NCBI RefSeq assembly: GCF_000829235.1
Contig: NZ_AP012549.1
Location: 1,440,001 to 1,472,000 of the forward strand
Direction: 5' to 3'
Length of the DNA stretch: 32,000 nt
DNA from: a cyanobacterium endosymbiont of Epithemia turgida isolate EtSB Lake Yunoko
GTDB taxonomy: Bacteria > Cyanobacteriota > Cyanobacteriia > Cyanobacteriales > Microcystaceae
Shown: piece after piece, positions 31,724 to 32,000 of the stretch
How the letters are laid out: the number at the start of each line of letters is the position of its first letter
Numbering within the stretch: the first letter of the stretch is position 1
Program-made: the position numbers and the translations under genes
Notes under the pieces: model-generated
Database searches by the model: none
Seen by the model: only the letters and a program-made list of their open reading frames with translations
Told to the model about the DNA's origin: nothing

Positions 31724-32000
31724 ATGTTAGACCCCACAATAGATACTTTTTTAAATCCTTCTAAACGAATGCAAATTATTGATGATCTCAATAAGCTTCT
31801 AGAAATTCTACCTTCCACTATTCGATCTAAAATTGAGCAATATTCTCAGCACGAAAACTTAATTGAAGTAGTAATGGATTTAGGAAGATTGCCTGAAGCA
31901 CGTTTTCCCGATAGAGCATTGTATCTAGGAGATATTCCCGTTTCTGCTAAAGATTTGAATTATAGTATTGAGCGCGTTGGGCATTTTAGTGGCGATAACC
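31724..32000 (+). CDS. 5' part of a ycf45/SpoIIIAA-like AAA ATPase (R3H-domain family); continues beyond the window
   Basis: ATG at 31724, open to the window end (92 codons). The segment LIEVVMDLGRLPEARFPDRALYLGDIPVSAKDLNYSIERVGHFSGDN matches the conserved N-terminal region of cyanobacterial Ycf45-like proteins as I recall them. Confidence 0.6.
   Translation, partial: MLDPTIDTFLNPSKRMQIIDDLNKLLEILPSTIRSKIEQYSQHENLIEVVMDLGRLPEARFPDRALYLGDIPVSAKDLNYSIERVGHFSGDN

Overview
The window looks like chromosomal DNA from a low-GC cyanobacterium; the proteins resemble unicellular Chroococcales types. About 57% is coding (summed CDS lengths / 32000). It holds 13 convincing genes, nearly all core housekeeping: accC, pgi, tRNA-Gln(UUG), a TPP riboswitch with thiC, recR, a secreted SPOR-like protein, a 4.7-kb ferredoxin-dependent glutamate synthase (glsF), a hypothetical membrane protein, a LysM/M23 peptidase, hom, a secreted 678-aa FAD-dependent oxidoreductase, a GT2/GT21 (ceramide-glucosyltransferase-like) glycosyltransferase, ldpA, and the 5' end of a ycf45/SpoIIIAA-like ATPase gene. 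These intact genes are separated by five extremely AT-rich deserts with no ORF of 60 aa or more: 1633-4323, 5905-7470, 8954-10544, 17606-18778 and 24076-28986, apart from one doubtful 85-aa ORF in the last. This pattern suggests an eroding, endosymbiont-type cyanobacterial genome, such as a diatom spheroid body or a similar reduced lineage. That is an inference, and the organism is not identified. I found no transposase, integrase, CRISPR array, toxin-antitoxin pair or recognisable defence or biosynthetic cluster, so I cannot support a claim of a new multi-gene system. The most checkable oddities are: a perfect consensus sigma70 promoter (TTGACA-N17-TATAAT) pointing antisense into the oxidoreductase gene; a possible orphan non-coding transcription unit in the 4.9-kb desert; a degenerate second TPP-riboswitch-like element upstream of the real one; recR with its conserved N-terminus encoded upstream of any canonical start codon; and two proteins of unknown function (the 678-aa flavoprotein and the 264-aa membrane/HTH-like ORF).
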